Shown: one piece after another, positions 53,477-64,000 of the stretch
Layout: each line of letters opens with the position of its first letter
How positions within the stretch are numbered: position 1 is the stretch's first letter
Assembly (NCBI RefSeq): GCF_006345805.1
Contig: NC_042997.1
Span: 64,604,001 to 64,668,000, forward strand
DNA: 64,000 bases
Source of the DNA: Octopus sinensis
Lineage: Eukaryota
Direction of reading: 5' to 3'
Notes under the pieces: model-generated
Database searches by the model: none
Told to the model about the DNA's origin: nothing
What the model saw: only the letters and a program-made list of their open reading frames with translations
Program-made: the position numbers and the translations under genes

Positions 53477-55906
53477 GTGTAAATATACATATGCATACAC
53501 ACATAAATGCACACTCACACCTACACCGGCGTATGTATTAATTAAAGAAGAAAATTTATAGACAATGAATTGATAGTGTCTACTTTGAGAATACTTTGTT
53601 GAAGCGAAAGAAAATTGTAGTTAATTATTTTGTTTAACACTCGCAAATACGGCTTGCAGAATTATTATTCTCCTTTCCCACAAAGTAATTCATATCAACT
53701 TGAAAGCTAAAATAATGCATAGCAACATCAACAATATTCCTCTAGGTCCTATTTCATGTGGCACGAACTGGTAAATATAGCAGAAAAAAATCTCCATCAA
53801 ATCGTACACTAGTGTATCAAAAATAATATTCATTTGTGAAAGAATATTCACATCGAATATTGTGAGATAGAAAAGTTCAGTCAACTGTTTGAGAGAGATA
53901 CACAACATCAGCAATATAAAAGTATATGTTCCTTGACCTCGTAACAATTATGCTGCGAAAATATAATACTCCTCAACTGCAGACCTATAGCAGTAATTTT
54001 CAATATTTTCTCTTCTAACTATCCAAATACAATTTCAAAACTCTTTTACTTTTCCTAATAGCTATGACATATTGTGTGCCAACATCTGCATCAGCACATT
54101 CTTCCCATTCCTTTGATTGGAATGAATTTAGGTGGATTACAAGCGGAAAGTGTACAAATATAAGAAAAAGAAAAGGAAAATATTTTCAGAAATTCTGCAT
54201 AGATTGAAGGGATTGAACATCATTTGAACACATTTATTAAATAGGTTTGTTGAAATACTGTATTGTGTATGAGGATACTATATCCGTGAGTTGTGACCTA
54301 ATTCTCACCACGTTAGCATACGTAAAAAAAAATAATACATTATACTGAAATTAATTTATTTATACGTCGACCTAATACAGGAAAACCAGAAATGCAAATA
54401 AGAAATAGCTATATTGCAAATACAAACACAAACATCGAAAACTCCTCACTTACTCATGTATTACGTGCATTTAACGACAGAAGTACATCAATAAAACGCA
54501 CAATACTTCAACAGCAAATTGTAGAGAAGTAGATTGTGGTCGCAAGAATGATGCACATCACATGTCACGTTGTGCAACTTCCACTATAACCTGTGAGCAA
54601 TACTTAAGTGAGATTCTGGGTAAAATATTCGAAATGAAAAATCCACCAGTTAGCATGCACATCACAAAAACAATCTGTAAGTGGTACACATATACTATGT
54701 GAGGCTTTTCTAAAGTTAACCATGTGACATTGATACAACATACATGACAACGATAGAGATTTTGTATCTTTATTATAGAACAGCTTTACGCTACAGGAAG
54801 AATTGAAATAATGAAAAGCGGAGTAGAATATGCATATATGTGCGTGTGTGTGTTGCAGTAAGAATGCTTGTGTGCGTATGCTATATCAGCTGAAGTAAAC
54901 GGCGCACTTATGAAGATTAGTAACCTCTGGAATTCATAACTCCCTGTGGTGTCTCTCTTTGTGAAGATCTCAATTTTTGGACATTCGCATTGTACTAGAC
55001 ACACTTAAAATATGTACCAGAAAGAGACAAAATTATTGCACTTCATATAACACATTAAAATTATTTAGCAGCAGTATATAAGCATTTCCGTGATTGAAAT
55101 AACTAAATGGAGGTTAAAATAGCACAGTTTTGGGGACATATAATAAACCAGTTTTACAGATGTTCTCCGCGATTTCTAAATCTCTTTTTGCATTTATCAC
55201 AGAACAACATTAGTATTATTTATTCTCACTTATGTTATTATTAATCTTACCAAATTACCAATTACTTTGTATTTATATATGTGCAATCATGTCGCTCCAC
55301 TGATTTGATATGAATGCAATTCATATTAAACCGATGTGGCGTTGTAGCAAATGGAAATAAGTCTTAGGGAATGTTAAAAGATAACTAAAATATACATGTG
55401 CTCGTAAGAGAAAGTTTCGGTGGAAGTATGTTCAATTGGGTAAACCTATCTTGTGTTTGCAAAATATTTCCTTTAGAAAATATTCCCTCATAGAATATTG
55501 GAAAATCTTTAAGTAATAGTCAGGAAAGTAATTCAGGAATTAACAAAATATTGTAGCGGAAATTGTGAAAATATTATATTGATAAAAGCGTAACACCACA
55601 GTGAAAACAATTGTCTCATGTAGCGCCAACGGAGAAATAGACCAGAGCGTTTTGCGCCAACATCAACCAGTGTTGCTACAGTTATGGAAAAAATTAACAT
55701 TACAGAACAGCGAAATAGTTAACAGCTAACCAGCACAATTATTTTATGGAAAAGGTTAACTGCATTCTTAACATAGTGAAAACATAACAGACGTCCAAAC
55801 TGAAACTATATAAACACAATGCTTACAAAATGGGAATTATGTTCTACGAGTTCAATTCTTTCTGAAAGCAATGTGTCACATATTTGTGTTAATCATCCAG
55901 ATGATA

Positions 55907-57504
55907 CATACTGCGTCCACAGTATTAGGCAAATCAACCTTCTCTCCATAAATAAATGTATATTCGTTCAAATCCAGTTTCTTTCCCATTGATTGTTAGC
56001 AACACATATCTGCATAAAATCTGTTAAAATAATTCGGATCTGCGACAACGGAAACAAACGGCAGCCATTATCGTGTAGCAGCAACATTTCTTTTGTCCTA
56101 AATTATTAAGCATGTGCCCAATTAATTTTGATTACGGGTTAGAAACAGGGACTACTTCGCATGAGAAGTCAACCATCGTGTCAGAGATTGGAAAAGGAAA
56201 AAAAAACCCATAGAGATATCAAAATTACTGGGAAGAGATCGATCACCGAACAGTGAAGATGTTTGTGCCGCCTCTTATTTCTGTCCGAGCGAGGGCAGAT
56301 AAAGGTGAGTGGAGGGTTGCTACGAATCGTACTTTATCAAGTGTGAAAAGAGAAGTTGTGCGGAAGCCGTGTCCGACAAGTACAGAAGCCTTCAAACGTT
56401 GTGGCAGGGAACAGGGAAAACGTATCGAAAACTATTAGATGTCACCTCTTGAAGCAGGGAGCCAGGAATGTTGAACCTGTTATAAGGCGCCCTCTGAAGG
56501 CTGTTCAGAAGCATAAGAGACTGAAATGGACAGAAGATTACGTGAAGATAGATTTTTCAACAGTTCTGTTCACTGACGAATGCCGTGCTTCCCTTGACGG
56601 ACCAGATGACTGGAGTAAAAGTTGGGTGTCGATCAGCAGGAACCGTCCTCATCGTTTGAAATGCCAACAGGGGGGAGGTGGGGTGATCTTTTGGGCTGGT
56701 ACTATTGGTGGTATGGTGGTCAGGGCATGGAAAGCACCAGATGGCTTTAAGATGACAGCAAAAGCATGTTACCTTCTTAAAGGACAATTTCCAATCGTGG
56801 TTCAAAGAGCAAAATCTTTCATCCAAGGGAAAGTGGTCTTCATACAAGATAATGCCCCACCTCGTGCAGCGAAAACGTCTGAGGAATACCTGCAGCAAAT
56901 GTCCTTTGATGGAGTGGCCACCTTGGTTCCCCGACTTAAACTTTGGCGTGTCATGAAGCGGTCGAGAACCTGTGGAGAGTCATGAAGTGTTGCGTTTACC
57001 AAGACGGACGGCAATTTTCAAGTTAAATTGTTCTCTGAGATTCTATTGTATATGTGACTCAAAGCATGACAAGAGGATATAATCACTTGAAAATTCAATA
57101 TGTCCGGGCGTAAGGAAAGTTTTTGCATGTGGAGGACCATACACCAAACATAAGGAGCTGTACATCATAATCCCATGCTTATTTTCATTCGAACGTATTA
57201 ATATGTTTACCATTAAGTTCTCTATGAATACATTTCTTCTTAAACCTTTATTGTTGAATTAAATAAATGTTTGTTTTGACACAATTATCATTTTTATTAT
57301 ACTTGCCTAATAATTTGTGACTGGGAAAATGTTGCCTAATCACGAAAATGGCCGCTGTTTGTTGGCGTCCGCGCAGATCTTATTTTAACAGAATGTGCGC
57401 AGAGAGGTGTTGCCAACAGTCAGTGAGAAAACCACTGGTTTTTAATATAAATACATTTGTTTATTGATAGAAGATTAATTTGCCTAATAATGTGGGACAC
57501 AGTG
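55907..57504 (+). mobile_element. Tc1-like transposon with long IR/DR-type terminal inverted repeats
   Basis: VLFTDE, QQGGGGVIFWAG and FIQDNAP motifs. About 200 bp diverged TIRs, each with outer and inner tattaggca-like direct repeats (55907-56114, 57301-57504). TA flanks. Confidence 0.88.
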
Positions 57505-58319
57505 TATAATTGATCAAATATTTGACCAAAGCCAATTCCATGCTTAAAACAAAATTACAATAAATTAAGACTTTATCTTGTATGGTGTCTGGTGTGCAGT
57601 TGTTCGAATTTGTAATCGTTAATCAATTTGGTTCCGTTATTGGAACAATATTGGAGTACCACCTTGAAGGTTTTAGTCAAGCAAGTTGAATTCAGTACTA
57701 ATTTTTAAGCCTTGAACTTATTCTATCAGAGGCATTTGTCGAGCCGCTATATTATTGGCTTTCTCTCGACTCACTATATCTAGGTTTCAATCCCAGTCAT
57801 GTCAAATTTCATCACAATTTATCACTATTGGCTAGAAGAACTGAAGAATAATTGAAATACTGAGGTCGAATGAATTGACTCAACTCCTCCATCAATATTG
57901 CTGGACTTTCCTCAAAATCATAAACCATTAGTAAAAGGGGGAATATTTTTAACATCTGTTAATTGCTGGGTGGAGAAATACTGAAGTAGCGTGCTTTCTT
58001 GCCATATTCGACATACGCAAAATCATGTTTGCACTGCCATATATCTTTTTGTAGCTTGAGATTTTCCCCTACATAACGTTTCTTTATAGCACAAATGAAA
58101 TAGCCTTCACTCATAATTTTCACAGTATATTTCATCAGGCTGCAAAATTTATTAAGGTGAAAGTTACTAAAATGCACACATTTATTTATGCATTTCTTTT
58201 GTTTTTAAGGTAAGTGACAGGGGACTTTCATATACTTGGCATACAGAGTTGTAACGTTACTACATTCTAATATAGAATTGTTCAACTGCTTATTAAAGCA
58301 ATGGATCGTTTGTCCAAGA

Positions 58320-58540
58320 AATATCCTTTTCTACTCTAGGCACAAGGCCCGAAATTTTGGGGGAGAGGAGCAATTGATTAGATCGACTCTAGTACGCAAC
58401 TGGTACTTAATTTATCGACCCCGAAAGGACAAAACACAAAGTTGATATCATTGGAATTTGAACTCAGAAAGTAAAGCAGACGAAGTACCACAAAGCATTT
58501 CGTCTGGCGCACTAGCGTTTCTGCCAGCTCGCTGCCTTAA
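58320..58540 (-). mobile_element. SINE-C
   Basis: taaggcagcgagctggcagaaacgctagtg head on minus; tttctactctaggcacaaggcc tail. Confidence 0.8.
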
Positions 58541-59105
58541 TTTTCCAAGGAATATCAATTAAAATGCACACGTTTGGAGAATAAATTAAAATTTCTGATG
58601 AAGAAAGTTGTCTCGTCCATTTTGTTACCAAATACTTTCTGGGAAGTATTGAATCTGTGTACTCGTAAATTCTGAAGTGCTGAAAACGGATCTAAAATGG
58701 GACCTTAGAAACCTACTACACCGCCAACAAAATTTCTCCATCGTTTTCATACATTTAATAATGATTTATAGCTGTTTACATTGTTTTCATTTGCTCACTT
58801 TAGTGTGAAATAATTTGTATATAAGCAATTTAGTTAAGAACCAATATAAACATTTCTGCGTATACTTCAACTCGCTCTATGAAATTTGCTTGCTTACTAC
58901 TCATATTAATCGCGTTGACTACGCCTAAAATATTTCCTTCAACTATTTACTTCTTCACAAAACTGTTTTCTTCATTCTTTCCCTCTTCGTTTGTATGATT
59001 CTTTTGGATGTTTGAAAATTATTTTATCTGTCACGAAATACAATTTCTCACAAACATACATCCCAAAATATACTCGTAAATATGCACCTATAGTAACGCT
59101 GACAA

Positions 59106-59520
59106 GGAGTGGCTGTGTGGTAAGTAGCTTGCTAACCAACCACATGGTTCCGGGTTCAGTCCCACTGCGTGGTACCTTGGGCAAGTGTCTTCTGCTATAG
59201 CCTCGGGCCGACCAATGCCTTGTGAGTGGATTTGGTAGACGGAAACTGAAAGAAGCCTGTCGTATATATGTATATATATATATATGTATGTGTGTTTGTT
59301 TGTGTGTCTGTGTTTGTCCCCCTAGCATTGCTTGACAATCGATGCTGGTGTGTTTACGTCCCCGTCACTTAGCGTTTCGGCAAAAAGAGACCGATAGAAT
59401 AAATACTGGGCTTACAAAAAAAAAGAATAAGTCCCGGGGTCGAGTTGCTCGACTAAAGGCGGTGCTCCAGCATGGCCGCATTCAAATGACTGAAACAAGT
59501 AAAAGAGAAAAAAGAGAGAA
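59106..59520 (+). mobile_element. SINE-A, full length
   Basis: ggagtggctgtgtggtaag...ggttccgggttcagtccc head through gaaacaagtaaaaga tail. Confidence 0.9.
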
Positions 59521-59542
59521 AGAGAATATATATGTATGTATG

Positions 59543-59578
<36 letters not shown>

Positions 59579-59687
59579 TATAATTATTATAATTAAATAA
59601 TAAGGGTATAAATTGATGTTAATCAATTAAAACCACTGGCTTAGCGTTTGTCAAAAAATTCGAAGCTTAAAAATTGTGATACGTAGA

Positions 59688-59810
59688 AAATTTAGAGGTA
59701 TGGCCACTAAAGTGGACACCCTATAGGCTAAACATCTTCCTGGTAATGGCGATTTGACGGCTATGTTTAGAATATAGGGTGTCCACTTTAGTGGTCATTC
59801 CTCAAAATTT
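59688..59810. other. Near-perfect foldback hairpin
   Basis: 31 bp arms 59695-59725 and 59773-59803 (one mismatch, one G-U) plus inner ctaaacat/atgtttag. Confidence 0.85.
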
Positions 59811-59848
59811 TGTGTGTGCGTATATATATATATATATATATATGTATA

Positions 59849-60296
59849 TTCTTTCATTCTTTTATCTTTTACAGTCATTTCAATGCACCCATGCTGGAAC
59901 ACTGCCTTTAATCGAGCAAATAGATACCAGGACTTATTCCTTGAAAGCCTAGTATTTATTCTATTGGTCGCTTTTGTTGAACGACTAAATTACAGGGATG
60001 TAAAAACACAAGCATCGGTTGTCTAGCGATGTCAGCGGAACAAACACACACACACAAACATACACACACACACGTACACACACACTCACACACACAAACA
60101 CACACACAAAAACACACACACACACGCACATATATATACGACGGGCTTCTTTTAGTTTCCGTCTGCCAAATCCACTCACAAGGCTTTGGTGGGCCCAAGA
60201 CTATAGTAGAAGACATTTGCCCAAGGTGCCACGAGGTGGGACTGAACGTGGAACCATGTGGTTGGTTAGCAAGTTACTTACCACTCAGCCACTCCT
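59849..60296 (-). mobile_element. SINE-A, full length
   Basis: Reverse-complement match to 59106-59520. Confidence 0.88.
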
Positions 60297-60402
60297 GGTA
60301 ATGTATATATATATATATATGTATAATCTATACACACACACGCATGCACACACATGCATACTCACACACATAAATATATACAAAGAAAAATAATATATTT
60401 CC

Positions 60403-60446
<44 letters not shown>

Positions 60447-60518
60447 AGACCAGGAAATACATATATACATACGAAATTACACCCCCATATCCACATATAA
60501 ATATAGATATATATACAT

Positions 60519-60937
60519 ACTCTTCACTCTCTTTTACTCTTTTACTTGTTTCAGTCATTTGACTGCGGCCATGCTGGAGCACCGCCTTTAGTCGAGCAAA
60601 TCGACCCGGAACTTATTCTTTGTAAGCCTAGTACTTATTCTATCGGTCCCTTTGGCCGAACCGCTAAGTGACGGGGATGTAAACACACCAGCATCGTTTG
60701 TCAAGCAATGCTAGTGGGACAAACACAGACACACAAACACATACACACACATACATATATATATACATATATATGACAGGCTTCTTTCAGTTTCCATCTA
60801 CCAAATCCACTCACAAGGCATTGGTCGGCCCGAGGCTATAGCAGAAGACACTTACCCAAGATGCCACGCAGTGGGACTGAACCCGGAACCATGTGGTTGA
60901 TTAACAAGCTACTTACCACACAGCCACTCCTGCGCCT
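60519..60937 (-). mobile_element. SINE-A, full length
   Basis: Reverse-complement match to 59106-59520. Confidence 0.9.
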
Positions 60938-62359
60938 AACATATATATATTTATATACATATATATGTGTGTGTGTTTGTATCCATATATGTATGTAGTT
61001 ATGTATAAATACGAAGAAAAAATAAGAGATTTTAGAGAGTGGTTTGTTTATTCTAACAGATAACAATCAGGAAAACATCGAGAGCACAAAGCAGTCATTT
61101 AACAATAAGTAACATTGACAAAAAAAGGATAAATTCAAAAAATGTAATTTTTTCCTTTCTTGCTGGCAAAACTTAAATCTATTATATTTTGTTCATCAAA
61201 TTATTTTCATACTTCTTATATATGCTACTGTTATATACGTATATACATCACACATATAAACATAAATTCTTACATAAATGTATATTTATATATATATATC
61301 ACTAGAAGATACTTACACATCTACTTGTCGTTAGAATCTATAAATTGTCATCAATATTTACATTTTCATTCAATCATGTATTTGTTTGTTATCACTTTTC
61401 TATTATAATCTTCTCTCTCTTTCTCTCTCTTCCTCCATCTCTGTCTTTTTCTCTCTACATATCTCTCTGCCTCTCATTTTGCATTTCCCACTTTCTCAAT
61501 TTGCCTGCTGCTTGCTGTATATTTTTCCCTTCTTACATACAAAATAATTTGAATAATGACTCTTAAATATGGTACAAATTTATCTATACAACAACATGTT
61601 TGATTTCATTTATATTTTTTCATGTGTAAATGTAATATAATTCCATACAGAGAAAAAAATGTAATGTATTCAAGAAAATATTTTTTAGTGCTCGAAGGTG
61701 TTTCACTCAGTGGTTAGGTTTTAAGTATATATTATATGTAATATAGTTTTCACGAGTGACAGCCACTTTTTTGTTCGATGACACTCCTTTCATAGTATAC
61801 ATAATTATACCATTGAGAATATATTCGTTATGCAACGCTACACAATTGGCACAGCTTGCAGGAAAGAAAGCATAAAAAATATATGGATATGTCCAGATAA
61901 AAGTTAATTACAACTTTTTTTGTAAGAATGCAAGTTCGAATAATTTTTTCGTTTTTATATATATTCTATATATTTTCTATGTGTGTCAGTGTGAATAAAA
62001 TGACTATGTTCTATGTTTGCCAAAATGGCGAGTAAATCGATTATGTATTTTTTGACCAATTTATATTGCTTTTATGTCCACTGCTACGTCGTTCCTAATA
62101 TACATTTAGGAAGATGTACTGTTTGAGGCATTGGTTACAGGAAATCTCAAACTATAAATGGACGGCCGTATTATATTATAATACACTTATACAACTCCAT
62201 AAATTGATAATATATCTTATATCGGAAAATAGAATTAATCTAATATAACGATCTCTAGATCTTTATCTTCATGGATACAATCGATCAGTTTTATCCACTA
62301 AAACATATACGCGCAACTACTTACACACTCACAGAGAGAGAGAGAGAAACATACGTACG

Positions 62360-62408
<49 letters not shown>

Positions 62409-62500
62409 TCATACATACATATATATATATATACATATATACATATACATATATATATATATATATTATATATATATATACATATATATATAAATATATA

Positions 62501-62684
62501 TCTTTTACTCTTTTACTTGTTTCAGTCATTTGACTGCGGCCATGCTGGAGCACCGACTTTAATCGAGCAACTCGACCTTTCCTTATTCTATCGGTCTATT
62601 TTGCCGGACCGCTAAGTGATGGGGACATAAACACACAAGCATCGGTTGTCAAGCAATGCTAGACACACAGACACAGACACACAA

Positions 62685-62735
<51 letters not shown>

Positions 62736-62900
62736 TACGACGGGCTTCTTTCAGTTTCCGTCTACCAAATCCACTCACAAGGCTTTGGTCGGCCCGAGGC
62801 TATAGTAGAAGACACTTGCCCAAGATGCCGCGCAGTGGGATTGAACCCGGAACCATATGGTTGGTAAACAAGCTACTTACCACACGGCCACTCTTGCGCC
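62501..62900 (-). mobile_element. SINE-A, full length
   Basis: Reverse-complement match to 59106-59520. Confidence 0.9.
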
Positions 62901-62909
62901 TATATATAT

Positions 62910-62940
<31 letters not shown>

Positions 62941-63699
62941 GTATACATGTATGTCTTCTTACGCATACATCTTTGTATATGTGTGTGTGTGTATGTAGCA
63001 AACAAGGCTATATTCTAATGTAATCATGTTTATAAGAGTTTTACCTTTATCAGCGTTTTCAAGCTATACCAGCAGCATATTTTAGATGCTGAGTGCTTCC
63101 AGCGTATATTCTGGTTAAACTTTGATCGTTAATGTGTTCCTGCTCTATGTCACTAGTTTTGCAATTGCCACGTGCTACAACACACATCCCTAATGACGTA
63201 GAATTAAAATGCTTTAATGCTCAAGTTCTGTCAGGAAAATCTATACAAATATATGTCTTCAGTTATAAAGGAATAAAGAGCAAAGCCCCCAAAGACTGAT
63301 AAGTATGATGTGATAGTTTGCAATGTAAATAAACTTGAGAAATTTGTTTTTCCGAACGGTTTATACATGTTTCATGTAGATACGATAAAGCGTCCTGTTT
63401 TCAAAATATCTCTAAACGAAATAATGGCATTAACATGTACAATTATATTACACGCAAGCACATGTGTATAAACTGACAAGTAAATGAAAGGAACGCGTGA
63501 CCAAATAAGAACAATTCCTAAACTCATTAAGAGAGTACAAGCGTTCCAAGTGTCCAAGATGACAATCAACGATAAAACTAGTAGTACAACTGAGGTAAGT
63601 ACGACTAGAAACCAGGTATGCGGGAGGATTTTTAATACTAGTTTTTCTTCTAGTCAGGAATTCTCGCGGAAAGTTCACATCCATCACTGTCACAGGTTT

Positions 63700-63835
63700 A
63701 CAGAGCTGGGACCCTGACAGACACCACTACTCTGGGTAGAGCAGACTTGGAACAAGATTTCCCACGAGCTTGTTCTACACTCCACAAAACTCTGGAACTC
63801 CCGTACCATTACTGGATGCAGTTTGATACCCACTT
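63700..63835 (+). mobile_element. Probable 3' tail of an RTE-like LINE
   Basis: gggaccctgacagacaccactactctgggtagagcagacttgg...ggatgcagttt resembles a common mollusc LINE 3' end recalled from memory; not verified. Confidence 0.35.
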
Positions 63836-64000
63836 GCAAGGTATATTCGCATATGCATATGTTCATACTGACCTATATAAGTATGTACACATATGCACAT
63901 AATACACACATGCGCACATACACAAATGTATATGTGTGTGTGTATAATATATCTGTATATATCTGTATATATATATATGCAAAATAAGCAACAAGAATGA

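Noticed and set aside
53690-53947. Hydrophobic 85 aa ORF as a membrane-receptor exon
   Set aside because: No recognisable motif or splice context. AT-rich DNA yields hydrophobic ORFs by chance.
59106-59180. tRNA gene calls at SINE heads (also 4398, 13888, 39335 and others)
   Set aside because: A/B-box-like heads continue into SINE bodies and do not form complete cloverleafs.

Overview
AT-rich, repeat-dense eukaryotic non-coding DNA (intergenic or inside a very large intron). The tRNA-derived SINE families, the abundant (TA)n/(AAT)n/(GATA)n/(AGT)n microsatellites and the TE mix are most consistent with an Octopus genome (recognition from memory, not a database search). I found no supportable host protein-coding exon. 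Most ORFs in the supplied track are artefacts of simple repeats or decayed TEs. Recognisable TEs are: a Penelope-like (Naiad-type) GIY-YIG remnant, three Tx1/L1-type LINE remnants, several Tc1/mariner relics, a FLYWCH-MULE relic, a pogo/Tigger-like MITE and many SINEs. The most notable signal is a set of hammerhead ribozyme (HHR) motifs of several sequence types. Two are complete type I HHRs with an unusually long stem II. They lie in the two arms of a ~350 bp near-perfect inverted repeat (8129-9016), and the right-hand one sits in a ~500 bp unit bounded by ~50 bp terminal inverted repeats. All structures were folded by eye and all TE boundaries are approximate unless stated.
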